From positions 1 to 64,000 of the forward strand of contig CAVVLJ010000016.1 of assembly GCA_963749075.1 (NCBI GenBank): DNA of 64,000 nucleotides, written 5' to 3'. Shown here piece after piece: positions 20,701 to 29,768 of this stretch. This DNA is from an uncultured Pseudomonadota bacterium. Lineage in GTDB: Bacteria; Pseudomonadota; Alphaproteobacteria; JACZXZ01. The position numbers and the translations under genes are program-made. Numbering within the stretch: the first letter of the stretch is position 1; each line of letters opens with the position of its first letter. The notes under the pieces are model-generated. The model searched no databases and had not been told where the DNA came from. It was given only the letters and a program-made list of their open reading frames with translations.

Positions 20701-23700
20701 TGGCGTTGAGAGGGACGAGGAAGAAATCTTCGGGCATCCGAGGCGCGCGCGCCTCGGCCTCATTGAAGCCCCGTGACCACGCCCGCGGTCTCGCCCCAGC
20801 GCCGCGCATCCGAGGCGCGCGCGCCTCGGCCTCATTGAAGCAGCGTCTCGATCTTGTCCTCGTGACCGACCGAGATGGCATCCGAGGCGCGCGCGCCTCG
20901 GCCTCATTGAAGCGCGCACTTTCCTGACGAGCAAAGAGATGGACACGCTCGGCATCCGAGGCGCGCGCGCCTCGGCCTCATTGAAGCGAGGGCCAGAAAT
21001 TCGCCTTCAGCGCGCGCGCGCCGTTGCATCCGAGGCGCGCGCGCCTCGGCCTCATTGAAGCCATCTCGACCAGGCGCATGATCAGGCACGGCACGCCGGG
21101 CATCCGAGGCGCGCGCGCCTCGGCCTCATTGAAGCGCCGCGAGGTCCGCCCGGCGCTGAGCGTCGCGGCGGCGCATCCGAGGCGCGCGCGCCTCGGCCTC
21201 ATTGAAGCAGGTTGATCACCGGCGCCGTGATGTTCGCGACCGTGGCCGGCATCCGAGGCGCGCGCGCCTCGGCCTCATTGAAGCCTCGGCGTTGTCGATG
21301 ACGAGCCGTATCTCGACGGGGCATCCGAGGCGCGCGCGCCTCGGCCTCATTGAAGCACGTTGTGGCCGGGCATCGCACTCGATGGGCTCGCCAGCATCCG
21401 AGGCGCGCGCGCCTCGGCCTCATTGAAGCCGCGCGTGGGTCAAGCGCGCTGAGGAGGAGGCCGCGGCATGGCATCCGAGGCGCGCGCGCCTCGGCCTCAT
21501 TGAAGCCAGGACTTCGGCGACTTCGAGGAGCTCGGCGCCAACCGCATCCGAGGCGCGCGCGCCTCGGCCTCATTGAAGCCCGTTCTCGCCGCCGGCGAGC
21601 GCTGGTGCGAGATCCCGCATCCGAGGCGCGCGCGCCTCGGCCTCATTGAAGCCTCTCAGGGGAGGCCCTCGGGAAGGAAGGCCGCGAGCGGCATCCGAGG
21701 CGCGCGCGCCTCGGCCTCATTGAAGCATGGACCAGCCGGTCGAGTGGCACCCCGCGCGCGCCGGGCATCCGAGGCGCGCGCGCCTCGGCCTCATTGAAGC
21801 ATTCCTGGTCGTGGGCGCATCGAATGCATAGTACTCAGCATCCGAGGCGCGCGCGCCTCGGCCTCATTGAAGCTTTTTCGGTGCAGATCGTATGGAAAAA
21901 ATTGTCCGGCGGCATCCGAGGCGCGCGCGCCTCGGCCTCATTGAAGCTCGATCCTCCTAAAGTACCGTCCACTCCGAGCCGCCAGCATCCGAGGCGCGCG
22001 CGCCTCGGCCTCATTGAAGCCGCATTTGGCTTGGTGACGACGACATAACATCTTGGCGCATCCGAGGCGCGCGCGCCTCGGCCTCATTGAAGCCCGGGGA
22101 ATAGCCCCGGCACGGCGTCGAGTGGCGGCCAGCATCCGAGGCGCGCGCGCCTCGGCCTCATTGAAGCGTGAGGACCCAGCCGACGCAGGTGCGGCTCGGG
22201 TCGCATCCGAGGCGCGCGCGCCTCGGCCTCATTGAAGCCGTGTCGGGCCGCGGCGCGTAGATGCGCGCCCAATGCGCATCCGAGGCGCGCGCGCCTCGGC
22301 CTCATTGAAGCACAGCCGAGGATTTGCCGATCATCCTGGAAGCGCAGGGCGGGCATCCGAGGCGCGCGCGCCTCGGCCTCATTGAAGCCTCTCCGGCGCC
22401 GCCGCCTTTTCTGGCGGCGCGCGCCTGGCATCCGAGGCGCGCGCGCCTCGGCCTCATTGAAGCCTCACCTTCCTCGACAAGTTCGGCTCGCCCACGGCCG
22501 GCATCCGAGGCGCGCGCGCCTCGGCCTCATTGAAGCGATGCCGTAGCCGAGCACATTGAATGCAGCCTCGAGCGCGCATCCGAGGCGCGCGCGCCTCGGC
22601 CTCATTGAAGCCTCGCATTCGCGCGAGCTGTAGGTCACCAGCCGGGCATCCGAGGCGCGCGCGCCTCGGCCTCATTGAAGCACGCGTGTTCCAGACACAA
22701 CGCCTTTGTTGGCACCACGGCATCCGAGGCGCGCGCGCCTCGGCCTCATTGAAGCGATCAGCTTGGGAACAGTGAAGCCCGAAGCCGCCGAGGCATCCGA
22801 GGCGCGCGCGCCTCGGCCTCATTGAAGCGAGGCGCTGGTGCGCGGCTGGGGCATCAAGCGCGAGAGCTGCATCCGAGGCGCGCGCGCCTCGGCCTCATTG
22901 AAGCGCCGAAACCATCGGCGTCTCGGCGGGCACCCTCAGCCGCATCCGAGGCGCGCGCGCCTCGGCCTCATTGAAGCGCGCTGGTAGGGGGCATGGAGAC
23001 ACCTGCTGAAATGGCATCCGAGGCGCGCGCGCCTCGGCCTCATTGAAGCGTCTGGATCGTCACCGCGCCGCCGGTCACCATCTTCGCATCCGAGGCGCGC
23101 GCGCCTCGGCCTCATTGAAGCGGGCAAGCCGCTGACGGCGCTGGCGAAACGGGCCGGCATCCGAGGCGCGCGCGCCTCGGCCTCATTGAAGCCACGCGCT
23201 GGCGCGCACGCTCGTCGAGTACGACCGCCTGGCATCCGAGGCGCGCGCGCCTCGGCCTCATTGAAGCACGTTGTGGCCGGGCATCGCACTCGACGAGCTC
23301 GCCATGCATCCGAGGCGCGCGCGCCTCGGCCTCATTGAAGCGAATTGCGGCGATCCGACATGCTTGCCTCCCTCTCGAGCATCCGAGGCGCGCGCGCCTC
23401 GGCCTCATTGAAGCTCGGCGCGAGAGGTCGGCGCTGCTCACCTCCGCCGCCGCATCCGAGGCGCGCGCGCCTCGGCCTCATTGAAGCTGGACCGCCGGTT
23501 CCAGGCGTTAAGTGGCGAGACGCTGCATCCGAGGCGCGCGCGCCTCGGCCTCATTGAAGCTTGTAAAGATCGACCGCGGCATTGAGGCCCTCGCCGAGCA
23601 TCCGAGGCGCGCGCGCCTCGGCCTCATTGAAGCGAGGAAGCGCGAAAAAGCCCTTTGTCGATGGCCCAGTCGCATCCGAGGCGCGCGCGCCTCGGCCTCA

Positions 23701-24764
23701 TTGAAGCCCCAACTGGATGGGTGTCGGCACCGTGGGCGTGACCTGCATCCGAGGCGCGCGCGCCTCGGCCTCATTGAAGCGGCCATCTCTCGCTCCTGCC
23801 CCCGATAGGCCCCGAGGCGCATCCGAGGCGCGCGCGCCTCGGCCTCATTGAAGCGGCGAGGCGCGCGCGCCTCGGCCTCATTGAAGCCGGCGGTTACGCT
23901 TACGCGGCTTCCCGCCGATATAGGCTGCATCCGAGGCGCGCGCGCCTCGGCCTCATTGAAGCAGCTGTGCGGCCACGCTCGGCGGCGTCGGCCCGTCGAA
24001 GCATCCGAGGCGCGCGCGCCTCGGCCTCATTGAAGCGCCACCACCTCCCGCCTTCGACGCAACTGCCTGCGCGCATCCGAGGCGCGCGCGCCTCGGCCTC
24101 ATTGAAGCGACGCAGCGCGTCCTCAAGCAGCGTCGGCTCCCAGGCATCCGAGGCGCGCGCCTCGGCCTCATTGAAGCGAGGAGCTCGGCGCCAACCTCCG
24201 CGTCCACCGCGTGCGCATCCGAGGCGCGCGCGCCTCGGCCTCATTGAAGCGTTTATATGTGATTGGCCCACGAGTCCCAGCTGACGCATCCGAGGCGCGC
24301 GCGCCTCGGCCTCATTGAAGCGGTACCTTGGAGGTTTTCGCGGCCTGCACCACAGCTTCGCATCCGAGGCGCGCGCGCCTCGGCCTCATTGAAGCCCGAT
24401 ATTACAGAATGTTGCGACCGGTGACGTTTAGCATCCGAGGCGCGCGCGCCTCGGCCTCATTGAAGCTCGTCACATCCCAGCGGGGAACGATATGAGGCTG
24501 ATCGCATCCGAGGCGCGCGCGCCTCGGCCTCATTGAAGGACCGTCAATTCCTCGAAGACTATATCGCGCGCCATTGCCAGGCATCCGAGGCGCGCGCGCC
24601 TCGGCCTCATTGAAGGAGCCTCCGGACGGCGTGATATCATTATTCTCGTTACCGAGCATCCGAGGCGCGCGCGCCTCGGCCTCATTGAAGCAATTCAGAG
24701 GGGGTCATGGCCGTTTCCAGTCTCCATCGCATCCGAGGCGCGCGCGCCTCGGCCTCATTGAAGA
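11715..24764 (+). CRISPR. CRISPR array, ~179 copies of the 36-bp repeat GCATCCGAGGCGCGCGCGCCTCGGCCTCATTGAAGC with 34-41-nt spacers
   Basis: Repeats counted by hand (±2). The ATTGAAGC 3' handle, the leader beside cas2 and variant repeats at the distal end (…GAAGG twice, final …GAAGA) give + orientation. Confidence 0.98.
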
Positions 24765-24999
24765 CAAGCAATGCTGCGGGCCGGACTCGAAACCGGCTAG
24801 TGGATGGGCTTAGTGCACCGAGCCATTACGCCGCTGCCTTCTCGTCACCATCTCGAACCTTTGCTGGCCGTGTGTCCTTCCACACCGCCGCAGCCAAATA
24901 TCTCTATTGGATCAGTCGCCTTCCATCAACCTCAATGGGCTGGGATCGTGTGTGATCAGCAGAGCACAAACATGGCCAGCGCGAACGCCCTGTGCTATA

Positions 25000-25246
25000 A
25001 GCGCTGACGGTCTTTTTCCATGCTGGCGCAGAATACGCTCCGCGACCGACGACGCAAAAAATTGACCGATCGTTGTCGATAGTTCTCGAAACCGCGCAAA
25101 ATTCGAATCGCGCAAATTTTCCTTTGAAATCATAAGCGAAAAAATTTGACGGATTGGCAGTCGGATTTCGACCGTCAGAAGAAATATTTTGCGCTTATAA
25201 ATCAGCGCGTTACGATGCGTTGAGAGGATCGAGTGGGAGTGAGGGG
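25000..25246. other. Right attachment end of element A
   Basis: AGCGCTGACGGTCTTTTTCCAT (25000) nearly duplicates 256-276; IHF-like AAATCAGCGCGTTA; guaA-end core at 25228. Confidence 0.7.
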
Positions 25247-25359
25247 GCAATCGGCTACAACAGCGTAGTTTTGACTGCGAATTTTTTGGCCTGTTGCGCC
25301 TCTGTCTTGGCGACGCGGTGGACCCTTTCGCGCCGTATTTGGTGTGCTCCGGCGGCCTC

Positions 25360-25959
25360 TTATTCCCTGAGCGATCTTGGGCCGCTGACGAACGGACTGC
25401 CCGGAAGATAGAATCGCAGGAGGCGGTTCGCATCCCGCGATATGCCGATCCTAATGCTCTGCCCGATTTCGCCGGGTTCGTGGTCATCGCGTCCGAGCCA
25501 TAGAGGACCTTCTCGGCAAAGATCGAGCCCATCGAGCCGACGATCGATCCGCAACGCGGCGGCGAGCCTTCCCGGCCCTCGCGCCAAGTCGCGCAAGCGC
25601 TCGACGCCGCGATATAGCCGCATGATCGGGACGCCTTCGAGCGGCTCGAGCGCCCTGATCAGGACGCCGGCCCCGATCCCGGGTATCTCGCTTGAGACAT
25701 TCAGCATGTACGAGCTGCCGTACGCGACATAAATATAAGCGTGCCCGCGCTCGAGAAACAGCGAGCGATTACGCCGAGTCATCCCCCGGTAGGCGTGGCC
25801 GGCGGCGTCGCCGACGACATACGCCTCGGTCTCAACGATACGACCGCTGACGACGCCTTCAGGCAGTTCCCGCACCAATACCTTGCCAATGAGATAGCGG
25901 GCGAGAGACACCGTATCGATCGGCAGCTCCAAGCGAGCGAGCGGGCGGCAGATGGCCAT
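25360..25959 (-). CDS. mpg: DNA-3-methyladenine glycosylase (AAG/Mpg family)
   Basis: GRIVETEAY, GHAYIY..YG, GAGVLIRALEP, GPGRL, RIGI motifs. Confidence 0.92.
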   Translation of the reverse strand: MAICRPLARLELPIDTVSLARYLIGKVLVRELPEGVVSGRIVETEAYVVGDAAGHAYRGMTRRNRSLFLERGHAYIYVAYGSSYMLNVSSEIPGIGAGVLIRALEPLEGVPIMRLYRGVERLRDLARGPGRLAAALRIDRRLDGLDLCREGPLWLGRDDHEPGEIGQSIRIGISRDANRLLRFYLPGSPFVSGPRSLRE

Positions 25960-25977
25960 CCTTACGGCGGCCGGGTT

Positions 25978-26358
25978 TCAGGGCATCCGCTCGACCCATT
26001 CAGCGCGCGACGGCCCCGGCTCGAAGGGATCGCCGAAATACTGGGTCTCGCGGGCCACCTTCCCATCGAGGAACTCCATGATGCTCACCGTGTAAGACGG
26101 CCGCCCGTCATAGGTTAGGACATATTCGGTGACCCAGAGGCCGCCCGCGCCGATTACCCGCCGCACTGTGAAGCGTTTCCGGTTCGGCTGTGCTGCGCGA
26201 GACGACTGAATCTTCCGCCGCCCGCGCATGCGCTCGCCCGATTGAGGATATTCGAGCACCGCGTCCTCTCGGTAAATCTGGTGCTCCCCCTCGAAGTCGT
26301 TCGCATCGGAGGCGGCCCAGTGGCGATCGAGAGCCGCTCGAATCTCCCGGTCTTCCAT
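25978..26358 (-). CDS. SnoaL-like / NTF2-family protein
   Basis: HWAASDA.DF..EH.IY..DAVLEYPQSGER..G…VSIMEF.DGKV.RETQYF; ATG at 26358 after AGGAG. Confidence 0.85.
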   Translation of the reverse strand: MEDREIRAALDRHWAASDANDFEGEHQIYREDAVLEYPQSGERMRGRRKIQSSRAAQPNRKRFTVRRVIGAGGLWVTEYVLTYDGRPSYTVSIMEFLDGKVARETQYFGDPFEPGPSRAEWVERMP

Positions 26359-26884
26359 ATCAAATCTCCTTGACCATCGCCGTCGACGTTGAGCAGTCGT
26401 ACCATGCGCTTGCCTGCAACAGGTTTCCCCGATGAAAATACGAGCGATCCTGACGGTAGCTTTTCGACCCAATCGCTGAGGCGTATTCCGGAGGTGGATT
26501 CAAGAAATCCCCCGATCGATGCCGATAGTCCCTGAAAGCGAGGAATTTCCCGAGTGGCAAAATTCCTCTTTAAAATCAAAAGCTGTGTGCATCTGACGGT
26601 TCGCCTGGCGGAAGTTTTCAGGGCGAAGAAAAGCTTTGCCCAGAAAAATCAACTCGGTAGATTCGATGAGAACGATCGAGTGGGAGTAGGAGGAATATCG
26701 CGGCAGGTGTCCTGGGCGTTTGAGGACGGCGTGGCCGGGTGGTGTCATCACGATCTCGGCTCACGCCGCGACTTGGCCAAGCGAAGGTGCCCTCGGTGGC
26801 TCGGCCGCTGAGCCGGAGGTTTCGCGGCGGATTTGACGTCGCCGCGATGTCGAGACCCTTCCAAATATGGCGGCATATTGCCAC

Positions 26885-26946
26885 AATGGCGTCAAAATAT
26901 GACACCATTCGTCGATATTGACATCTCGTGGCCAGAGAGCTATGTT
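26885..26946 (+). promoter_or_regulatory. Sigma70 promoter with upstream palindrome; probably leaderless mRNA
   Basis: TTGACA(26918)-N17-TATGTT(26941) with ATG 6 nt downstream; palindrome AATGGCGTCAAAATATGACACCATT just upstream. Confidence 0.6.
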
Positions 26947-26952
26947 GGGTTT

Positions 26953-27333
26953 ATGATTAGGAAGGCTTCCACATTCCGGATCAATCCGCCGGTGCAGTCT
27001 GCGCTGGAAAACCTCAGCCGCGTGCTGAGGCGCCCGATGAATCAACTCGTCAACGAGGCTCTACAAGATTATGTCGACAGGCGCAGCCGTGCGGCGGAGC
27101 ATGATCTGGAGGCGACCTTGGCGAGCCTTCGTGCCTATCGCAAGCGCGATCCGCATTTCAAGGATGCCATTGCGGCCGCCGTGGAGGCAGAGGCCACATT
27201 GGGCAAGGAAGATCCGGCGGAAGGCAAGGTCGTCATTGGGAAGCTGGTGAACGGGCAGCTGGTCGAAGAGCGGACGAGCGAAGGCGTTAGCCCTCTACAG
27301 ACAGAAATCCGTGGCCTGTTGAATGCCTCCTGA
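26953..27333 (+). CDS. Putative RHH-type DNA-binding antitoxin
   Basis: STFRI.P.VQ.ALE.LS..L.RPMNQLVNEAL..Y pattern; overlaps the Fic gene. Confidence 0.65.
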   Translation: MIRKASTFRINPPVQSALENLSRVLRRPMNQLVNEALQDYVDRRSRAAEHDLEATLASLRAYRKRDPHFKDAIAAAVEAEATLGKEDPAEGKVVIGKLVNGQLVEERTSEGVSPLQTEIRGLLNAS

Positions 27334-27940
27334 CTGGGACGCCGATAGTCCCGAGCTTCGCCAGAATCTCACGAAGCTTCTTAAATCAGCCGAAAAGGAT
27401 GCACGGCGACGGATACAGCCAACCGTCGAGGCTGCCCGCCGCTGGCAGTCCGCAATGATGCGGAACCTCCAGGCCGATCCCAAATACGCCGGCGCATTCC
27501 GTGGCGAGGCTGGCCTGGAATTGGTGCAAGTGCATTTAGGCGGACATTACGGCGTGGCTGCAGACGAAGTCGCCGGCGCGCTCCAGAACTTTGAACGGCA
27601 CTTGCAGGCGGCCGTGGCGCGTCTCGACGAAGCGATTCCGCAGGGCAGCGAACCGAACGCCGATCAGATTGGCGCAATTATCGCGGTCTGTGCATGGACG
27701 CATGCCGAGTGGGTGCGCATACATCCCTTTGCAAATGGCAACGGCCGCACAGCCCGGCTATGGGCCAACAGCTTGGCGATGCGCTACGACCTGCCGCCAT
27801 TTGTGCGCCTCAGCCCAAGGCCCGACGGCAACTACGGCGTTGTCAGCCAAAAGGCGATGAGGGGTGACTGGGAGCCCACGGCGATGCTGTTCCGCGAGCT
27901 GCTCAACGATTTCTCCGAGAAATCGAGTCCCGGCACTTAG
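27323..27940 (+). CDS. Fic/Doc-domain protein
   Basis: HAEWVRIHPFANGNGRTAR Fic motif. Confidence 0.9.
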   Translation: MPPDWDADSPELRQNLTKLLKSAEKDARRRIQPTVEAARRWQSAMMRNLQADPKYAGAFRGEAGLELVQVHLGGHYGVAADEVAGALQNFERHLQAAVARLDEAIPQGSEPNADQIGAIIAVCAWTHAEWVRIHPFANGNGRTARLWANSLAMRYDLPPFVRLSPRPDGNYGVVSQKAMRGDWEPTAMLFRELLNDFSEKSSPGT

Positions 27941-28082
27941 CGCGCACAATCCGGCACTTGATACCCGCATCGGATGGCGGCGACGATCTTGTCCGGATCG
28001 CCTCCAGGTGAGGATCGCATACTCGTCGGACAAAACATTACGCCGTAAGATTGCGAGCTGGGGAGACGCCGCGGTCGCCATT

Positions 28083-28415
28083 TCAGGCCGCCGCGACCGA
28101 TATCCGCGCGGCGGCGCGCGACCGCGGCTTCCTCCTGATGACGATCTCCACGTCCTGGTCGAGCGCCGTCAGGAACGTCATCAGCCGCTCGACCGAGAAG
28201 CCGTCGAGCTTGTAGTTCGCAAGGGCCGACACTTTCGGCTGGTTGACGCGGAGCTTCTCGGCCGCCGCAGCCTGCGTGAGATGCTGGCGCGCGATCACGC
28301 CGTTGATGGCATGCGCCAGCCGCAGTTTTGTCTGCCGCTCTCCGGCGTCCGCATAGCCGAGGTCGGCGAACACATTCCCCGTGCCGCGGGTGATCGTCTC
28401 GTCCGTTTCCTTCAT
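28083..28415 (-). CDS. XRE/HigA-like HTH antitoxin
   Basis: GTGNVFADLG…LTQ..AA..L.V.QPKVSAL….L.GFS.ERL. Confidence 0.88.
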   Translation of the reverse strand: MKETDETITRGTGNVFADLGYADAGERQTKLRLAHAINGVIARQHLTQAAAAEKLRVNQPKVSALANYKLDGFSVERLMTFLTALDQDVEIVIRRKPRSRAAARISVAAA

Positions 28416-28419
28416 CGTC

Positions 28420-28803
28420 TCAGCGCTTCGGCTTGCCATAGCGGGCCTCGTAATCCTGTCGTGCCACTTTCGACCGTCTCTCGACGAGGTCGACGTTGAC
28501 CTGCGCCGTCTTGATCCCCTTGGGCGATTTCTTCTGCAAGGCACGGGGCACGTACACGACTTCCTTGAAGCGCACCGTGTAGACCGCCCGGTAAGTGTCC
28601 CCGTCGTGGTCCTCGACCACCTCGAAGACGCCCGAGCCCTGGCCCTTCCAAGGCTTGGACGAGGGGTGCTTGCCCCCGAACTGCGCCAGGCCGAGCGCAT
28701 TCCCCATCTCGTCCTTCGCCGCCTCGGGGAAGCCGAGGAAGTCCATCTTGGACGAGCCCACCCAGTCAAACGGCTTCTCGCCCTCCGCCAGGGTTCGAGC
28801 CAT
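28420..28803 (-). CDS. RelE/HigB (Gp49-like) toxin, possibly degenerate
   Basis: W.GSS..D…FP…G.AL..AQ.G, GVFE…DGDTYRAVY.V.F; VYVPRALQKKS where the family usually has VYVLHAFQKKS. Confidence 0.85.
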   Translation of the reverse strand: MARTLAEGEKPFDWVGSSKMDFLGFPEAAKDEMGNALGLAQFGGKHPSSKPWKGQGSGVFEVVEDHDGDTYRAVYTVRFKEVVYVPRALQKKSPKGIKTAQVNVDLVERRSKVARQDYEARYGKPKR

Positions 28804-28857
28804 GGGTCCATATCCCATTTTTGGGATGAGAATTCAAGCCGCGGCGCGTGGGCGGTC

Positions 28858-28953
28858 AGGGCGGGCACTGGCACCGCAAAGCTGTTCAAGGACAGCCAAA
28901 GTTAGTGCGTGCGCCTGCCCAAGGCGATCCGCCCGCCCGGCTTGGAGGTGCGC
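28858..28953 (+). pseudogene. Decayed 5' fragment of an AbrB/VapB antitoxin, paralogous to 31081
   Basis: Reads RAGTGTAKLFKDSQS*CVRLPKAIRPPGLEVR against [32 protein letters not shown]; ATG changed to AGG and an internal TAG. Confidence 0.8.
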
Positions 28954-29057
28954 GGTAGCAACGAGTTTTCTGCGACGCGACGCGGATTTATTTGGACTAT
29001 ATAATGGTCTAATCTACCCGACGAACATATGCGATGATGATCCGCCGAGGAGGTGGC

Positions 29058-29315
29058 ATGAAGGTATCCGTGACCGAGGCCAAGGGGCAACTGACCGAGC
29101 TCGTGCGCCGCGCCGAGGCTGGCGACGAGGTCGTCCTGACCCGTCACGGCCATGCGGCGGTGCGTCTGGTTCCCGTCAAGGCGGCGCCGGATAGGAAATC
29201 CCGCAGGGCGCTCCTCGAAGCGGCGCGGACCTCCGGCTCCGCCAAGGCGAAAGCCGGACCAAATGCCGCGCGCAGTCAGGATTTTCTTTATGGGGATGAC
29301 GGACTGCCCCGGTGA
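29058..29315 (+). CDS. Phd/YefM antitoxin
   Basis: VSVTEAKGQL.ELV.RAEAG.EVV.TRHG..AV.LVP; RBS GAGGAGG. Confidence 0.9.
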   Translation: MKVSVTEAKGQLTELVRRAEAGDEVVLTRHGHAAVRLVPVKAAPDRKSRRALLEAARTSGSAKAKAGPNAARSQDFLYGDDGLPR

Positions 29316-29695
29316 TCGCCGTCGACACCTCCGCACTGATGGCGGTCGTCCTTGACGAGTCCGAGGCCGACGCCTGCATCGCTGCGCTCGAAGCCGAGGA
29401 CAACGTCCTGATTTCCGCCGGCACCGTGGCCGAAGCGCTCATCGTCTCGGCGCTGCGCAACGTCGGCGAGGAGGTGGCAAGCCTGATCGACGGGCTCGGC
29501 TTCGAGGTCGTGACGGTCACGCCGGCCGCGGCGCGGCGTATCGCAGCGGCCTATGAGCAATGGGGGAGGGGCGTGAGCCCGGCCGCGCTCAATTTCGCGG
29601 ATTGCTTCGCCTACGAGGTCGCGAAGGAGCATGCCTGCCGCCTGCTGTACGTCGGCGATGATTTCTCGAAAACCGATATTGAAAGCGTTTTTTGA
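29312..29695 (+). CDS. vapC: VapC PIN-domain toxin
   Basis: AVDTSAL…E…LNFADCFAY…LLYVGDDF..TD. Confidence 0.9.
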   Translation: MIAVDTSALMAVVLDESEADACIAALEAEDNVLISAGTVAEALIVSALRNVGEEVASLIDGLGFEVVTVTPAAARRIAAAYEQWGRGVSPAALNFADCFAYEVAKEHACRLLYVGDDFSKTDIESVF

Positions 29696-29768
29696 GGGAG
29701 CGTAGCGAGATTTCGATTTTCAAGCCGGCCTCTTGCTTCTCGACGTTCTCGTCAATTATACGAGACAT

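Larger units (their letters stand above)
1..25246. mobile_element. Genomic island A at the guaA 3' end carrying a TA pair, type I-G CRISPR-Cas and the array; no integrase gene seen
   Basis: Identical 19-bp direct repeat ATCGAGTGGGAGTGAGGGG at 1-19 and 25228-25246, arm-like TGACGGT motifs at both ends, and cargo visibly less GC-rich than the core genes downstream. Confidence 0.75.
25228..26689. mobile_element. Mini-island B between two guaA-end cores
   Basis: Bounded by ATCGAGTGGGAGT at 25228 and 26675. Region 26450-26689 is colinear and homologous to 25004-25246. CAATCGGCTACAA (25248) resembles CAATCGGTTACAA (51) of the left end. Confidence 0.7.

Noticed and set aside
11751-24728. Self-targeting spacers within the window
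   Set aside because: No full-length match noticed by eye; a computational search is needed, so nothing is claimed.
11497-24813. Dozens of ORFs containing HPRRARLGLIEA / MRPRRARLGC / FNEAEARAPRM
   Set aside because: These are translations of the CRISPR repeat, not genes.
24912-25532. 206-aa minus-strand ORF across the att end
   Set aside because: It overlaps mpg and the AT-rich att arms, with no protein-like composition.
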